A stretch of 63,225 bases of DNA, the filler included, from Nemertoderma westbladi (taxonomy: Eukaryota > Animalia > Xenacoelomorpha), in the NCBI GenBank assembly GCA_032718475.1. It is 3 parts of 3 records of this genome, joined end to end, with 100 filler letters (N's around TTAATTAATTAA, not from the genome) between each part and the next. Parts side by side here need not be neighbours in the genome. Positions count along the whole stretch, not along the records: positions 1 to 28,071 come from JAUCBJ010005704.1; positions 28,172 to 52,548 come from JAUCBJ010003553.1; 1 more part is not named here. The stretch is one strand, 5' to 3'. Under the pieces are notes generated by a model. It was not told the origin of the DNA. It saw nothing but the letters and a program-made list of their open reading frames with translations, and made no database searches. The position numbers and the translations under genes were made by a program. Below are positions 25,357 through 38,800 of the stretch, piece by piece (within the stretch, counting starts at the first letter, position 1; each line of letters begins with the position of its first letter).

Positions 25357-26211
25357 TATGTCGAGAATCTCCACTAGCCATTAGGCCTATATCGAGATTA
25401 ATACCAAAACATAATATACAAAATTCTAGAATATCTTGATATTATGGAAATTGTTTAAATAAAAGGGGACACTAATAATTTTCTTTTGAATTTTAAGAAT
25501 ACTGGATACCGGTACCTTAAAAAACACTAGCTACGATAATAAAATATTATAGCTAACATCTTTCAAAAAGCGAAATTAATGTTCTAGAACTAAAAAATAT
25601 TATGAAATATCCATTAACAAGTCCAAAATTTCATAAAAAATAGCTACCAAAAATTTGGTTTTGTAATTTAAAAAACAGTAGCTACCATAAAAAAAACAAT
25701 AGCTAACGTCTTTCAGAAGATGAAATTTATGTTCTAGAACAAAAGAACATTATGATAATATATATTAACAAGTCGAAAAATTGATCAAAAATTATGTACC
25801 AAGAATTAGGATTTGTAATTTTAGAAACAGTAGCTACCTTAAAAAAAACTCTAGCTACCATAAAAAAACAATAGCAATCGCCTCTAAGGAGATGAAATTT
25901 ATGTTCTAAAACAAAAAACCTCATGATAATAGCAATTATAATGGTCAAATAATTGGTCAAAAAGTTGGTACCCATTAGTTAGTTAGGTACCCATAGTAGT
26001 ACCAATTAATCTAACTTTTTCACTAATTTCCAGAAAATTTGTTAAAAAAATATTTTTTAACTAATTTTGTGGAAGCTTTTACTGTATAGCTAGCTCACAC
26101 AATCATCTGTACTGTACAGTACCGGTAGGTACCGGTACTTGTACAGGGTAGGCTTTACTGTCTTACTGTACAGTACTATCTGAATACGGGAATTGGTGAT
26201 AGTGGCACAAT

Positions 26212-26330
26212 TCAGTTATTCTGCCCTCGTGTGTTGAGTTTTTCACTCGTTGGCATTTTAACACTCGCTTCGCTTGTGCTAAAAACCTGCCAACTCGTGT
26301 AAAACTCAACCACTCGGACAGAATACAATA
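26212..26330. repeat. Palindromic element centred on ACTCGCTTCGCTTGT
   Basis: Arms TATTCTG..GTTGAGTTTT.CAC.CGTTGGCA / TGCCAACTCGTG.AAAACTCAAC..CAGAATA. Confidence 0.7.
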
Positions 26331-26713
26331 CAAATTGAAAATGAGTAAAAAGAAGCGGTGTTTTCCGCTTACTTTTGTTATCGAATAATAGTCCTGTATG
26401 TAAACATTGTTTCACTAATATTTTTAACCTTTATAAAGAGTATATATTATTTTTATGATGTTTTTCGTTCTAAAACAAAATTTGACATTCTGAGAGACGT
26501 TAGCTATTACTTATTGATATTTCTATTAGCTATTAATCCTTTTTTCTAATGTTTTTAAGGTTTACATAGTTTTTAAAATCACAAAAATATATTAAAAGAA
26601 AATAATTACTAAAGTGTGTTTTTCTTTGCTTTTATTAAACGTCACAATTTATCATGATGTGCTACTACGTTACTATTTTGTTTTGAGAAATTCTGACGGG
26701 CGTTACCGGTTCC

Positions 26714-27538
26714 GGGAACTACTACAGTAGGCCTATGTGTACCCATGACCATATTTTTTTTACTATAGCTAGTTTTTGCTACTTTTGTTTTAGAACTATT
26801 CTATTTCATGTTAGTTATTGTTAGGTAAAAAAAATTATGTTCTAGAACAAATATTTTTTGTTCTAAAACATTTTTATATTAAAAAAAAATGTATTAAAAA
26901 TTTATTATTATGTGTAATTGTGTAAATTGTTTATTTATCTATAAACATTAAAAAATACATATTATCAGGCTATCTAGTGATTTACCAAATTTGCTATTAT
27001 TTAAAAAAAAATCAAATAAAAAAAATTTCTTAAAAATTAGTAATTATGTGTAATAAATAGTTTATTTATCTATAAACATTTTTTTTTAAATACAAGTTAT
27101 CAGGCTAACTAGTGATTTTCCAAGTTAGCTATTATTAAAATAAAAATGTTTTTTCAAAATTATATACTTTTCTTTTATACTATTCTTTGGAAATCCCAAT
27201 AATATTTGGATCTTTAGAGAACTTTTTGTTTTCGTGACGTGGCATTTTATTTAATGATAACAGTTAAAGTGAACCTACTACTGTAAACATTAAAAAACAT
27301 TCTAGAATAATATTTAGAATTATTTAAAGGCAACAGAATAACATTTTAAGGAGTATTATTAGGAATTATAAATTTTTTAAAAAATGTTATAGAACAAAAA
27401 AGATTGTTCTAGAACATTTTTTTTTGCAAAACTATAGCTAATATGGCATAGAACATAAAAAAAAAAGTAGCAAAAACTAGCTACTACAAAAATATCCCAC
27501 AATACAATAGTACACAATACACATACTGTAGTAGTGCC
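26714..27538. mobile_element. Merlin-family MITE
   Basis: TIRs GG(GA/C)ACTACTACAGTA resemble the Merlin TIR at 20041; 9-bp TSD ACCGGTTCC at 26705-26713 and 27539-27547; long imperfect inverted arms. Confidence 0.8.
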
Positions 27539-27604
27539 ACCGGTTCCTATTATTTGTTTTATGGTTCTGGAATATCATCTACTGTCATGAAGTCTAGCTA
27601 GTAT

Positions 27605-27722
27605 GGCACTGGTGTACCTTGTGTGACCATAATTGTTGATTATTAATGTTAGAAATAATAAAAATCAAAGAAATTACCGTATTTTTAAAATTTCAAAAAT
27701 GGTCACAAGCTATACTAGTGCC
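27605..27722. mobile_element. Very short (118-bp) Merlin-like MITE
   Basis: GGCACTGGTGTACCTTGTGTGACCAT / ATGGTCACAAGCTATACTAGTGCC; 8-bp TSD GCTAGTAT / GCTATTAT (1 mismatch). Confidence 0.65.
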
Positions 27723-28071
27723 GCTATTATAATTGCTATTATTTTTTTTTTATATAATTAAACAATCAATAGTGTAAAATATACCTCAAATTTACTATCA
27801 CTTGGTTTCGTTAAACTTTCTAATTGAAAAGTTGATCTTTTAAATAAAACAACAGAATAATTGAATTTCCGTCAATTAGTGAAAAAAAGGTGCTTCTTTC
27901 TGATACTTTTATACTTTTTTCTTATCGAAGAAAATTACTTTCTTCTACAAAAAGAAAATAAAATTTATTAATAATTACCAACGTAATTACTTATCTAGAA
28001 TAAATAATGCGAAATCAACAGAAAAAACAACTTCTAGATCATTGATTGGATAAATATTTTATTATCCGCAG

Positions 28072-28171
28072 NNNNNNNNNNNNNNNNNNNNNNNNNNNNN
28101 NNNNNNNNNNNNNNNTTAATTAATTAANNNNNNNNNNNNNNNNNNNNNNNNNNNNNNNNNNNNNNNNNNNN
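28072..28171. other. Assembly gap with artificial six-frame-stop spacer
   Basis: N44-TTAATTAATTAA-N44. Confidence 0.97.
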
Positions 28172-28191
28172 AACTATGGAAGCAATATTAT

Positions 28192-29013
28192 GGTGGCCCA
28201 GAAGGGACAACTTAAAAAATATTTAACTTCGAGTGGAAAAAAAACGACAAAAACAAATTCTTCACGAATTCTTGTTTTTTGTCGTTTTTTTTTATTTTAC
28301 AACAAAAAAAAATCGACAAAAAAGAAATTTTGTTTTAAGTAAGGAAGGTTTTGAGAGGGAGATTTAAAAACAGACTAGGCCTACATGCTTGTTTTGGTAA
28401 ATCCAGAAATGGATATCTTAATTTCGGCCGTATCGGGACAATTAGACGACGTAGAGCTGATTTAAACCTTAGAAAGCCGTTGTTACGAGCAGTCACTTCC
28501 TCGTGTATTTACGTGCGTTAGATTCGGAACTTGTTGAATTTTCTGCAATTAATTGTGGGTATCGGCCAATTCCATCGACGCTTATGGAGTCGACACTTTA
28601 TAAACCTTCGCCGGGAAACTGTTAGAATTCTTCTTAAACACATTCCGGCTGGTGGTAATGCTCGTTTACGGCAACGTTTGTATTGAAATAAAAAAAACGA
28701 CAAAAAAAAATAATTTTTTTGAATAATTCGTTTTTGTCGTTTTTTATTTTATTTGTACTACAAATAAAAAAAAACAACAGAAACTAATTATTCATGAAAT
28801 TCTTGTTTTTATCGTTTTTTTTTATTTTACTACTGTACAAATAAAAAAATCGAAAAAAAACTAATTTCATGAATAATTAAATTCTGTTGTTTTTTTTATT
28901 TGTAGTAAAATTAAAAAAAACGGACAAAACAAGAATTTCATGAATGTTTCTTTTTTGTTGTTTTTTTTTTACTCGAAATGAAATATTTTTTAAGTTGTCC
29001 CTTCTGGGCCACC
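28192..29013. mobile_element. MITE, ISL2EU/Harbinger-like
   Basis: Perfect TIRs GGTGGCCCAGAAGGGACAACTTAAAAAATATTT, flanked by AT on both sides; A-rich subterminal repeats. Confidence 0.8.
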
Positions 29014-29125
29014 ATACAATATAGTAAAATACTATAGTTAATTTATTTTGTTCCACTATATCGCTGTACGTTTTATTAAAAAAGGGACCAACAATAAAGT
29101 ACCAATTTAAGAATAAAATTACGTA

Positions 29126-29250
29126 TTACATGGGAAAAAACCTAGAATATTTTTTTCAATATTCTCTCGAAACTTTATTAACCTCGCTGACGCTCGGTAA
29201 ATAAAATGCCTCGAGAATAGTGAAAAAAAGTTCTACTTTTTTACCATGTA
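29126..29250. repeat. Palindromic element centred on ACCTCGCTGACGCTCGGT
   Basis: Arms TACATGG.AAAAA..TAGAA..TTTTTCA.TATTCTC..GA and their reverse complement. Confidence 0.7.
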
Positions 29251-29377
29251 CAGTAATAAATAATTATTGTAGCTTATGACTGTATGAATTTATATTTTTT
29301 CACTTTCAATTCTTGTTACTCTACTTGTGTTTTACTATATATGTTTTCAGAATGTGCTAAATAAAATAATTACGGTG

Positions 29378-30125
29378 CACCATGACCCGTAATATAGTGT
29401 CATTTTCTGATGACACCCCCCCCCCCCCAGAGTTTTCTACAATCTTTATCACATTGCTTGAAAATTGAAACACAACTAGTTCCACTCACCATCAATGTCC
29501 ACATGAAGCCGGAATTTTCGATTTCGCCTGTCAATTTTTTCATAAGCGTTTTAAAAAAGTGTCTTTTGCGAAATTGCACATCTCCTATCGTAGCTCTTCT
29601 TTACATTGGCCTCGGTTTGTAGATATCATTGGAAAGCTTGTGTTACAAGGATTCCAAATATGTAACAATGTCTGAGTTTCGTTTCGTTTAGAAACAGTGG
29701 AGATATAGGCGTTCAAAGATTGCAAGAATTATTGTTCGCTTCAGGCCATTTATTCTATTTAATACACAAAATTCTAGAACGTTTATTTATTTTATGAGTT
29801 GGTAGGCAACAGCGTTATGCCTATACAATATCTATATTGCGTAGCTATTCATACATAAACAAAATGTTCCAGAACATTGTGTATTTATTGAATAGAATAA
29901 ATGGCCTGCAGCGAACAATAATTCTTGCAATCTTTGAACGCCTATATCTCAGCTGTTTCTAAACGAAACTCAGACATTGTTACATATTAGGAATCCTTGT
30001 AACGCCAGCTTTCCAATGATATCTACAAACCGAGGCTAATCTGAAGAATGGCGACGATAGGAGATGTGCAATTTCGCAAAATACACTTTTTTTTAGAAAA
30101 TGACACTATATTACGGGTCATGTTG
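29378..30125. mobile_element. Fold-back MITE (probably TA-target, Tc1/mariner-type)
   Basis: Termini CATGACCCGTAATATAGTGTCATTTTCT / AGAAAATGACACTATATTACGGGTCATG; long internal inverted duplication; TA on the right flank. Confidence 0.85.
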
Positions 30126-30640
30126 TAATAAAATAGGAAATTTCCCGAAAATCCTAAAATGTATAGGAAAATTCCGGAAAAATGTATAGGAAATTCCGGA
30201 AATTTCCAAACATTTCCTGACTCACATCCCTGCTAATATATTTACATCTACATTCAGGTTTGTTTGAAAGGTATTTGCAAGAAATATATTGAAAAGTTGG
30301 GATAACGAAAACGAGAGAAAATGTGTTTTTCAGTATAGTATAGTCTGTGAGAAGTGCTCGCCGCCGTATGTGCAAACCCCATACAGTAGAGTTCAGGCCA
30401 CCCACTACTGACCCGGCCCCAGGCCACCCAGCACCCACCCCTCTAAATCCGGCCCTGTCCACAAGATAAAATACAACCAATTACGGTCCAGGACATTCAT
30501 TTGTCTGGGTTGTAAAATTAAATTCAAACAATGAAATTGTCACTTGTTATACTGTACTGTTGTACTTGTGTGTAAAGTAGCACATTACAGTGTGATGATC
30601 CTAGTGCTTTGTTGCACGAACGAACGTTAGTGAGTGATAT

Positions 30641-30718
30641 ACTTGTCTGCTTGTCTAGTGATTACTTGTCTGCTTGTCTAGTGATTACTTGTCTGCTTGT
30701 CTAGTGATTACTTGTCTG
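30641..30718. repeat. Short tandem repeat, 23-bp unit ACTTGTCTGCTTGTCTAGTGATT, ~3.3 copies
   Basis: Direct tandem copies. Confidence 0.85.
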
Positions 30719-31198
30719 GGATAGAGTGAGAGAGTAATAAACTTGACAATAATAAACTTGTCAAGTAATATACTTCTCTGCAGTTTGGGCCTATCCATTC
30801 AATCAATAGTAGTAGTCTTACTAGGCCCTCATGAGCACCAGCAGCTGGTGTTTCTATCATTGAGTTTGTGGCAATTTTCGTGTTATGGGGCTATTTTTCA
30901 AAATAAAAAAAGACACTTTAATAATTTTTTTCGAAACTTTTTTTTCCACATCCTGGGGTTGAGCTGCGTCGATTGATATAACTTTCATTGACGGACGAGC
31001 TATAGCTTCGGAGGAGTTCACCCGATATACATAGATACTGTACATATATACATAGATAGATAGTGAATACTTTTACAGTAAGAAGTCCTAACGAACTTCT
31101 AATAATATAGTAAACTTATTGAAAGGTCAATAATTATGTGCCGCCTTCTGTTCATTAACTCTTAAAGAACATAATAAAGGTCATTTATGTTATATACA

Positions 31199-31436
31199 TA
31201 CAATATTGCAATGTTCTCGAGTTAATATACGGAAATAATAACCTGAAGCAAATAAAACTGAATAATCACTGATGCCGTTCCAGAAGCAAATTAACCTGTA
31301 TAATTACCGAGGCCGCAGGCAGAGGTTATTATATTAGGTTAATTTGCTGAAGGATAAGGCAGAAGTGATTATTACAGTTTTATTCGCTGAAGGTTATTAT
31401 TTCCGTATATTAACTCTAGAACATTGCAATATTGTG
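31199..31436. repeat. ~240-bp palindromic element centred on ACCGAGGCCGCAGGCAGAGGT
   Basis: Arms CAATATTGCAATGTTCT.GAGTTAATATACGGAAATAATAACCT.. and their near-perfect reverse complement. Confidence 0.8.
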
Positions 31437-33456
31437 TTTATTGTTAATTAGAGCATATTGAACGAACAACATGACAGCATACTTTGTATTTTTAAGGATC
31501 GTTTCTAATAAAATACGTGTATTCAATTTTTTCAAGCTTAGCGTAGCATTTAAATCCATTTCCTTGAATTAATATCGCTCCAGAGGTCGTGGGGTTGTTC
31601 CCCTGCAGGCGAGCCAGGTTAGTTTTCGTTTTGGCACAAATGCTAAGGGACTAACCAAACAGGGCGCGCGCATATTTACTTTGTTACTTAAATGGTCGTT
31701 AAATGAGTACCAGTTATCTCTTTGCCTGTAAGGAGTTAGTTCTGAGGGGTCTATACTGGAAATGAGTGGTGAGACCTTCTTTTCTATTTTTCGTACTTGT
31801 TACAAGTAGCTCTCCTTGTTTTTTTTCATTTCCGCGCTCATTGCCTCTAACATAAGGTAAGGACGATACGACCGAATCTGTGCAACTACTGTGTATTTTT
31901 TTAATTATCTTATTTAATTAATTGTTGCAGAAATTATTTTCTTCAATACTAGGATCTTTTCACTGATAAATAAATAAAGATAAACCAAATTTACTATGGA
32001 TATTCATAATAATAATACGATTTGTTGGTATTTTTAAAAACACTAGCTACTGTACCATTTTTATGAATACACTAACTACTGTAGCATTGAAAACACTAGC
32101 TACCACAAAAATTAAACATGTAACGAGTCGGAAATATGTTCCAGAACATAAATCACTAGCCAAAACAGCTATACAAAGGCAGAATTATGGTGACATGGGT
32201 TAGGTACACTAGTACCCCCCCCCCCCCCTCCCCCACCCATTAAAATTTAATGAAGTTAATAAGATGGCAAACAACGAAAATATCTTAAGGTTTTTTTTAT
32301 GCCGTTTCTATCAAATTTAATGATGTTCGCATGGCTTTTGATGAGGTCAGATTGTAATATAATAAGAGTTATCATTCTTACAAATACTGGAGTAGAATTT
32401 AAAGTGCTAATCTATCAATCATATTGAGATGGTCATTTTGCTTAATGTGAAATATATAGCTACCGTACATTATTGAAAGAAACAGTAGCAAGTTTGGTAT
32501 ATGCTACCATAGGATAATACATAAAATTATATGAATATACTGCAACATATATTTTCTAGAATCCCGTAACAGAGCAATTTCTAAGAAAAGAGTATAATTT
32601 TAGGAAAAAACAACATTTATAGAACATTATTTTAAAATTATACTTATTATTTACTTATTATTATACGATTATAATTTTACCTAGTTTCCGTAGCAATATG
32701 CGAAAATTAACAATAAACATTATTATGAGTGTAATTTGAACGAAGAGGTGGACAGTTGAACAGTCGTCTGAAGCTAAAAGGTTCTTTCGCGGGGCGCTCG
32801 CACCGCCAGCTAGTTATTGTCTATACTCCTTATAAAATAATAGCAGCAGCAGGGATATAAATCCAAATTTGACTTTTGTACATTATTTTGGAAAAAAACT
32901 CACTTGTATTTCAGAAAAGCATAAATTCCATATTAGTATTCCTTGAATTGTTGGAAGCAATTTTACACTGACGTGCACCCCCCCCCCCCCCCCCCCCCCA
33001 CCCCCTACTGCACCCTAGCCTAGCCCACCCATTACGAGTACAATGACCCAGGAAATCTCTTTAACGAGGTGGCGTGTCAAGCATTTTCCCTGATGTAAAA
33101 GGAAAGTGGGAAACCGCAGCGATTGCGTTGGTGATTTGTTCTTAGAGTAATTACGGAATTCCTCAGAAGTTGGTAAAATAAAACCCAGTAGAGCGAGGAA
33201 TCCGTTCTAGTTAAGTAATTACTTTTGTACCAGGTGTCTGTATGGGAGCGGTCGACCTGCAATAAATACCAGTTTCAAGGAATGTTGGGAAACTCTGAAG
33301 CAATGCCTCAGGATGCGATAAGTCAAATTTAACGTCTTTCTAAGAATTTAATGACATAAATCTTTCAGCTTTATTACATGGTTACATTATGACAACAGAA
33401 ATGAGAAAATCACACGAGCGTAAAAAAAAAAGGATTTGTTATCAGTTTAACAACCT

Positions 33457-33731
33457 TTACAAGCATGCTATTAGTGATTTAGTCCGTTTTGGTCGTTCGG
33501 CCAATGTCGAGGCAACGTCACATTGATCCGTTTCGTCTTGTTTACTGACGGCGAAGTGGGCGAGATACGGACAGAACACGGTGAGCGCTGTCGACATAAT
33601 AGCGAGCGTGTAGGCCCAACCGAGGGAACAGTCACCGGTGCTGTAGGCCTGACTCGTGTGGCAGAAGTGACGCGCGAAATCCGAGCTCAAACCCATAGGA
33701 AACAGAAGCAAACTAATAGCCATAACCGAAA
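33457..33731 (-). CDS. LHFPL-family tetraspan protein (LHFPL7/TMEM211-like), last coding exon
   Basis: Acceptor TTCTCCCAG at 33732, phase 1 matches exon 2; LLFPMGL..FARHFC..Y..GDCSLGWAY.LAI motif typical of the LHFPL family; stop at 33457-33459. Confidence 0.88.
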
Positions 33732-35824
33732 CTGGGAGAAAATAAATTATATTATTAATTAGCTGCGGTAATTATTAAATTATGGTGTTAAATTAGTGAA
33801 AGAAATTCTGAATACAAAAGAAACATTCATTAAAAAATGTATAAAATTGTGTTAAAATTATTTTGTCATTATTATTTTAAATTATATGTGCTACTTTACT
33901 TTTTGACAAACATGGGGGAACTGGACGCAAATCCCACCTCGGCGACGGGCGAATTAATAATTCACCTCAATGTTAAATTATAAATTAAGGGATAGGAGCA
34001 GGTTACAATGGCACGTTACTCTAATCAAAACAATAAACAATAGTCAATATAACAGGCTACAACTATATTTTTAGGGGTAATCAATCATCTGTTATTCGCG
34101 TCGATTTTCCACTGGAGACTGGAGAGATACTTGTAAAAGTACAATTTACATTCTAAATTCTTAATTTAAACGTTGGATATTTTACAGTTTGTTATCTTAC
34201 ATTGCGGATGCGCTGCGTGGACATCACTTCACGCGTGTTGCATTTATATATTGCTCCGATTTAGCTTTAAACCATCAAATATTAATGACATTTTATTTGA
34301 TCTAAGTTAAATGATTAAATGGAGGTCAGTTGCCGTTTGACGTATCCCAGGAAAATAATTAATATCCGGGGTTTCCTTGGAATCATTAGCTGGTGCCATG
34401 TGCCGAGCTTCTTAGAGAAATATATATCATCTTGCCAACAACCCTAGGCACCGCATGCGGTATATTCCATACTTCTATTCCATCAGTATTAGTTAATGGC
34501 CCTAATTGGCGAGGGAATTACAGTATGCTACTCTATACTGAATCCTAATGGTACTTAATGGATCATTGATGTTGCTATGCAACAACCTGTTTTATTTTGT
34601 GGATGTTCAATGTTTATGGTGTGAATGAAATGTGGTAGATATTATTTTGAATACTAATTTTTATTTTGCAACGTCATTTAAATATTATCTTTCATCGGAA
34701 ATTCGTCATAATTATAGTTTATATTGGAACTGTTATCCCAACCACAGATATGTATTAACGTGGAGTAAATAGTGCGGGTAGGCAAATTATTAGTGAAAAA
34801 AGTCATTATCGCAAGTTGGAATGAAACTATTACTCATGTCTTCGTAGTGTCATAGCCATATGGAATATATATATAATATAAAAAAAAATATATATATATA
34901 AATATATAATATAGTATATGTAATAAGGAAATGTACATAATTTTATGCAATTCGATTTTACGTTCGCTTACGCTTGGACAAAGATATCTTATCCTCATAA
35001 TAGTAAAACTTGAATTTAAAAATAAAGAGGCAATTTTCCATTTAATTACCTTTCCAAAGGAATTGATTTTTCCCCGATCAATAAAATCTTCCACGAAATT
35101 TCCCTGGTACTCCGGCACAAATTAATTTGCCTTAGTTGCAGCGCCTAGCTACAAAATAAGATAACACGCTGTTTTAATTCCCAAATCAATTCCAATCATA
35201 TTGGAATTATCTATTGTAGAATTTCTATTGTAGGCTGACGGTTTACAACGGTTAATATTTTGATAGGACCGCCCCCATGGCGCGCTCCAAGGACCCCCCA
35301 CGGAGGGGGAAATGGGGGATTATTTCCTTAGAATAACGACATTCTCCGTAGCTGTACCACCTGGTCACTTGAATTTTCCAGAGTCGTCTTGGATTACTAG
35401 ATATAAGAATATTCCGTTCCGCTATGCCTGGGTTGTCATCAAGGAAAGCAAAAACCACTGGACCATTTGGTATACCGGTACCAGTAAGCAAAAGGCTTTA
35501 TATATTCCAGTTACTGCGAATTTCATTCAACCGATATAATAAGAGTAAAAAAACATTGTTGCTGTGAATAAAAGAGGCTAATTACAATTATAACTAACAA
35601 TAGCCTTAGGCTGAAGTAGATTCTATAGATGAAATATTCAAAGCCGATTCCCTGTGTCTTTGTAAGAAGACAATTTATTAGTTACAGTTGTTGTTGTACT
35701 CACTATAGGAAGACACAACCCGCAACACATTGTAAATAATAATAACCTCATAATAAGAAAAATAATGCATTTAAACTCCACAGAGGGAACCCAATACATG
35801 TCATATTATACATTGAAGACTCCA

Positions 35825-38800
35825 CCAATTAATAACACCCCATTCCTGTAGCATCACACACTGAACACTCCAATGAATAGCACCCCATTCCTGTAGCATC
35901 ACACACTGAACACCCCAATGAATAGCATCCCATTCCTGTAGCATCACACACTGAACACTCCAATGAATAGCACCCCATTCCTGTAGCATCACACACTGAA
36001 CACTCAAATGAATAGCACCCCATTCCTGTAGCATCACACACTGAACACTCCAATTAATAGCACCTCATTCCTGTAGCATCACACACTGAACACCCCAATG
36101 AATAGCACCCCATTCCTGTAGCATCACACACTGAACACTCTAATGAATAGCACCCGACTCCTGTAGCATCACACACTGAACACTCCAATTAAAAGCACCC
36201 CATTCCTGTAGCATCACACACTGAACACCCCAATGAATAGCACCCCATTCCTGTAGCATCACACACTGAACACCCCAATGAATAGCACCCCATTCCTGTA
36301 GCATCACACACTGAATACACCAATGAATAGCACCCCATTCCTGTAGCATCACACACTGAACACTCAAATGAATAGCACCTCATTCCTGTAGCATCAAACA
36401 CTGAACACTCAAACAATTAATAGCACCCCATTCCTGTAGCCTCACACACTGAACACACTAATGAATAGCACCCCATTCCTGTAGCATCACACACTGAACA
36501 CTCAAATGAATAGCACCCCATTCCTGTAGTATCACACACAGAACACTCCAATGAATAGCACCCCATTCATGTAGCATCACACACAGAACACTCCAATGAA
36601 TAGCACCCCATTCATGTAGCATCACACACTGAACACTCCAATTAATAGCACCCCATTCCTGTAGCATCACACACTGAACACCCCAATGAATAGCACCCCA
36701 TTCCTGTAGCATCACACACTGAACACTCAAATGAATAGCACCCCATTCCTGTAGCATCACACACAGAACACTCCAATGAATAGCACCCCATTCCTGTATC
36801 ATCACACACTGAACACACTAATGAATAGCACCCCATTCCTGTAGCATCACACACAGAACACTCCAATGAATAGCACCCCATTCCTGTAGCATCACACAAA
36901 GAACACTCCAATGAATAGCACCCCATTCCTGTAGCATCACACACTGAACACTCCAATTAATAGCACCCCATTCCTGTAGCATCACACACTGAACACCCCA
37001 ATGAATAGCACCCCATTCCTGTAGCATCACACACTGAACACTCAAATGAATAGCACCCCATTCCTGTAGCATCACACACAGAACACTCCAATGAATAGCA
37101 CCCCATTCCTGTATCATCACACACTGAACACACTAATGAATAGCACCCCATTCCTGTAGCATCACACACAGAACACTCCAATGAATAGCACCCCATTCCT
37201 GTAGCATCACACACAGAACACTCCAATGAATAGCACCCCATTCCTGCAGCATCACACACAGAACACTCCAATAAATAGCACCCCATTCCTGTAGCATCAC
37301 ACACTGAACACTCAAATGAATAGCACCCCATTCCTGTAGCATCACACACTGAACACTCCATTTAATAGCACCCCATTCCTGTAGCTTCACACACTGAACA
37401 CTCAAATGAATAGCACCCCATTCCTGTAGCATCACACACTGAACACTCCAATTAATAGCACCCCATTCCTGTAGCATCACACACTGAACACTCCAATTAA
37501 TAGCACCCCATTCCTGTAGCTTCACACACTGAACACTCAAATGAATAGCACCCCATTCCTGTAGCATCACACACTGAACACTCCAATTAATAGCACCCCA
37601 TTCCTGTAGCTTCACACACTGAACACTCAAATCAATAGCACCCCATTCCTGTAGCATCACACACTGAACACTCCAATTAATAGCACCCCATTCCTGTAGC
37701 ATCACACACTGAACACTCCAATTAATAGCACCCCATTCCTGTAGCTTCACACACTGAACACTCAAATGAATAGCACCCCATTCCTGTAGCATCACACACT
37801 GAACACTCCAATAAATAGCACCCCATTCCTGTAGCATCACACACTGAACACTCCAATTAATAGCACCCCATTCCTGTAGCTTCACACACTGAACACTCAA
37901 ATGAATAGCACCCCATTCCTGTAGCATCACACACTGAACACTCCAATTAATAGCACCCCATTCCTGTAGCTTCACACACTGAACACTCAAATGAATAGCA
38001 CCCCATTCCTGTAGCATCACACACTGAACACTCCAATTAATAGCACCCCATTCCTGTAGCTTCACACACTGAACACTCAAATGAATAGCACCCCATTCCT
38101 GTAGCATCACACACTGAACACTCCAATTAATAGCACCCCATTCCTGTAGCTTCACACACTGAACACTCAAATGAATAGCACCCCATTCCTGTAGCATCAC
38201 ACACTGAACACTCCAATTAATAGCACCCCATTCCTGTAGCATCACACACTGAACACTCCAATTAATAGCACCCCATTCCTGTAGCTTCACACACTGAACA
38301 CTCAAATGAATAGCACCCCATTCCTGTAGCATCACACACTGAACACTCCAATAAATAGCACCCCATTCCTGTAGCATCACACACTGAACACTCCAATTAA
38401 TAGCACCCCATTCCTGTAGCATCACACACAGAACACTCCAATGAATAGCACCCCATTCCTGTATCATCACACACTGAACACACTAATGAATAGCACCCCA
38501 TTCCTGTAGCATCACACACAGAACACTCCAATGAATAGCACCCCATTCCTGCAGCATCACACACAGAACACTCCAATAAATAGCACCCCATTCCTGTAGC
38601 ATCACACACTGAACACTCCAATTAATAGCACCCCATTCCTGTAGCATCACACACTGAACACTCCAATAAATAGCACCCCATTCCTGTAGCATCACACACT
38701 GAACACTCCAATTAATAGCACCCCATTCCTGTAGCTTCACACACTGAACACTCAAATGAATAGCACCCCATTCCTGTAGCATCACACACTGAACACTCCA

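Larger units (their letters stand above)
20041..26003 (-). mobile_element. Merlin (IS1016/IS1595-like) DNA transposon carrying a nested pogo element
   Basis: TIR GGTACTACTATG (20041-20052) / CATAGTAGTACC (25992-26003) with extended subterminal complementarity; 8-bp TSD AATTAATC at 20033-20040 and 26004-26011. Confidence 0.9.

Noticed and set aside
28116-28127. TTAATTAATTAA inside N runs (also 52593-52604)
   Set aside because: Artificial six-frame stop linker; adjacency across these gaps is not guaranteed
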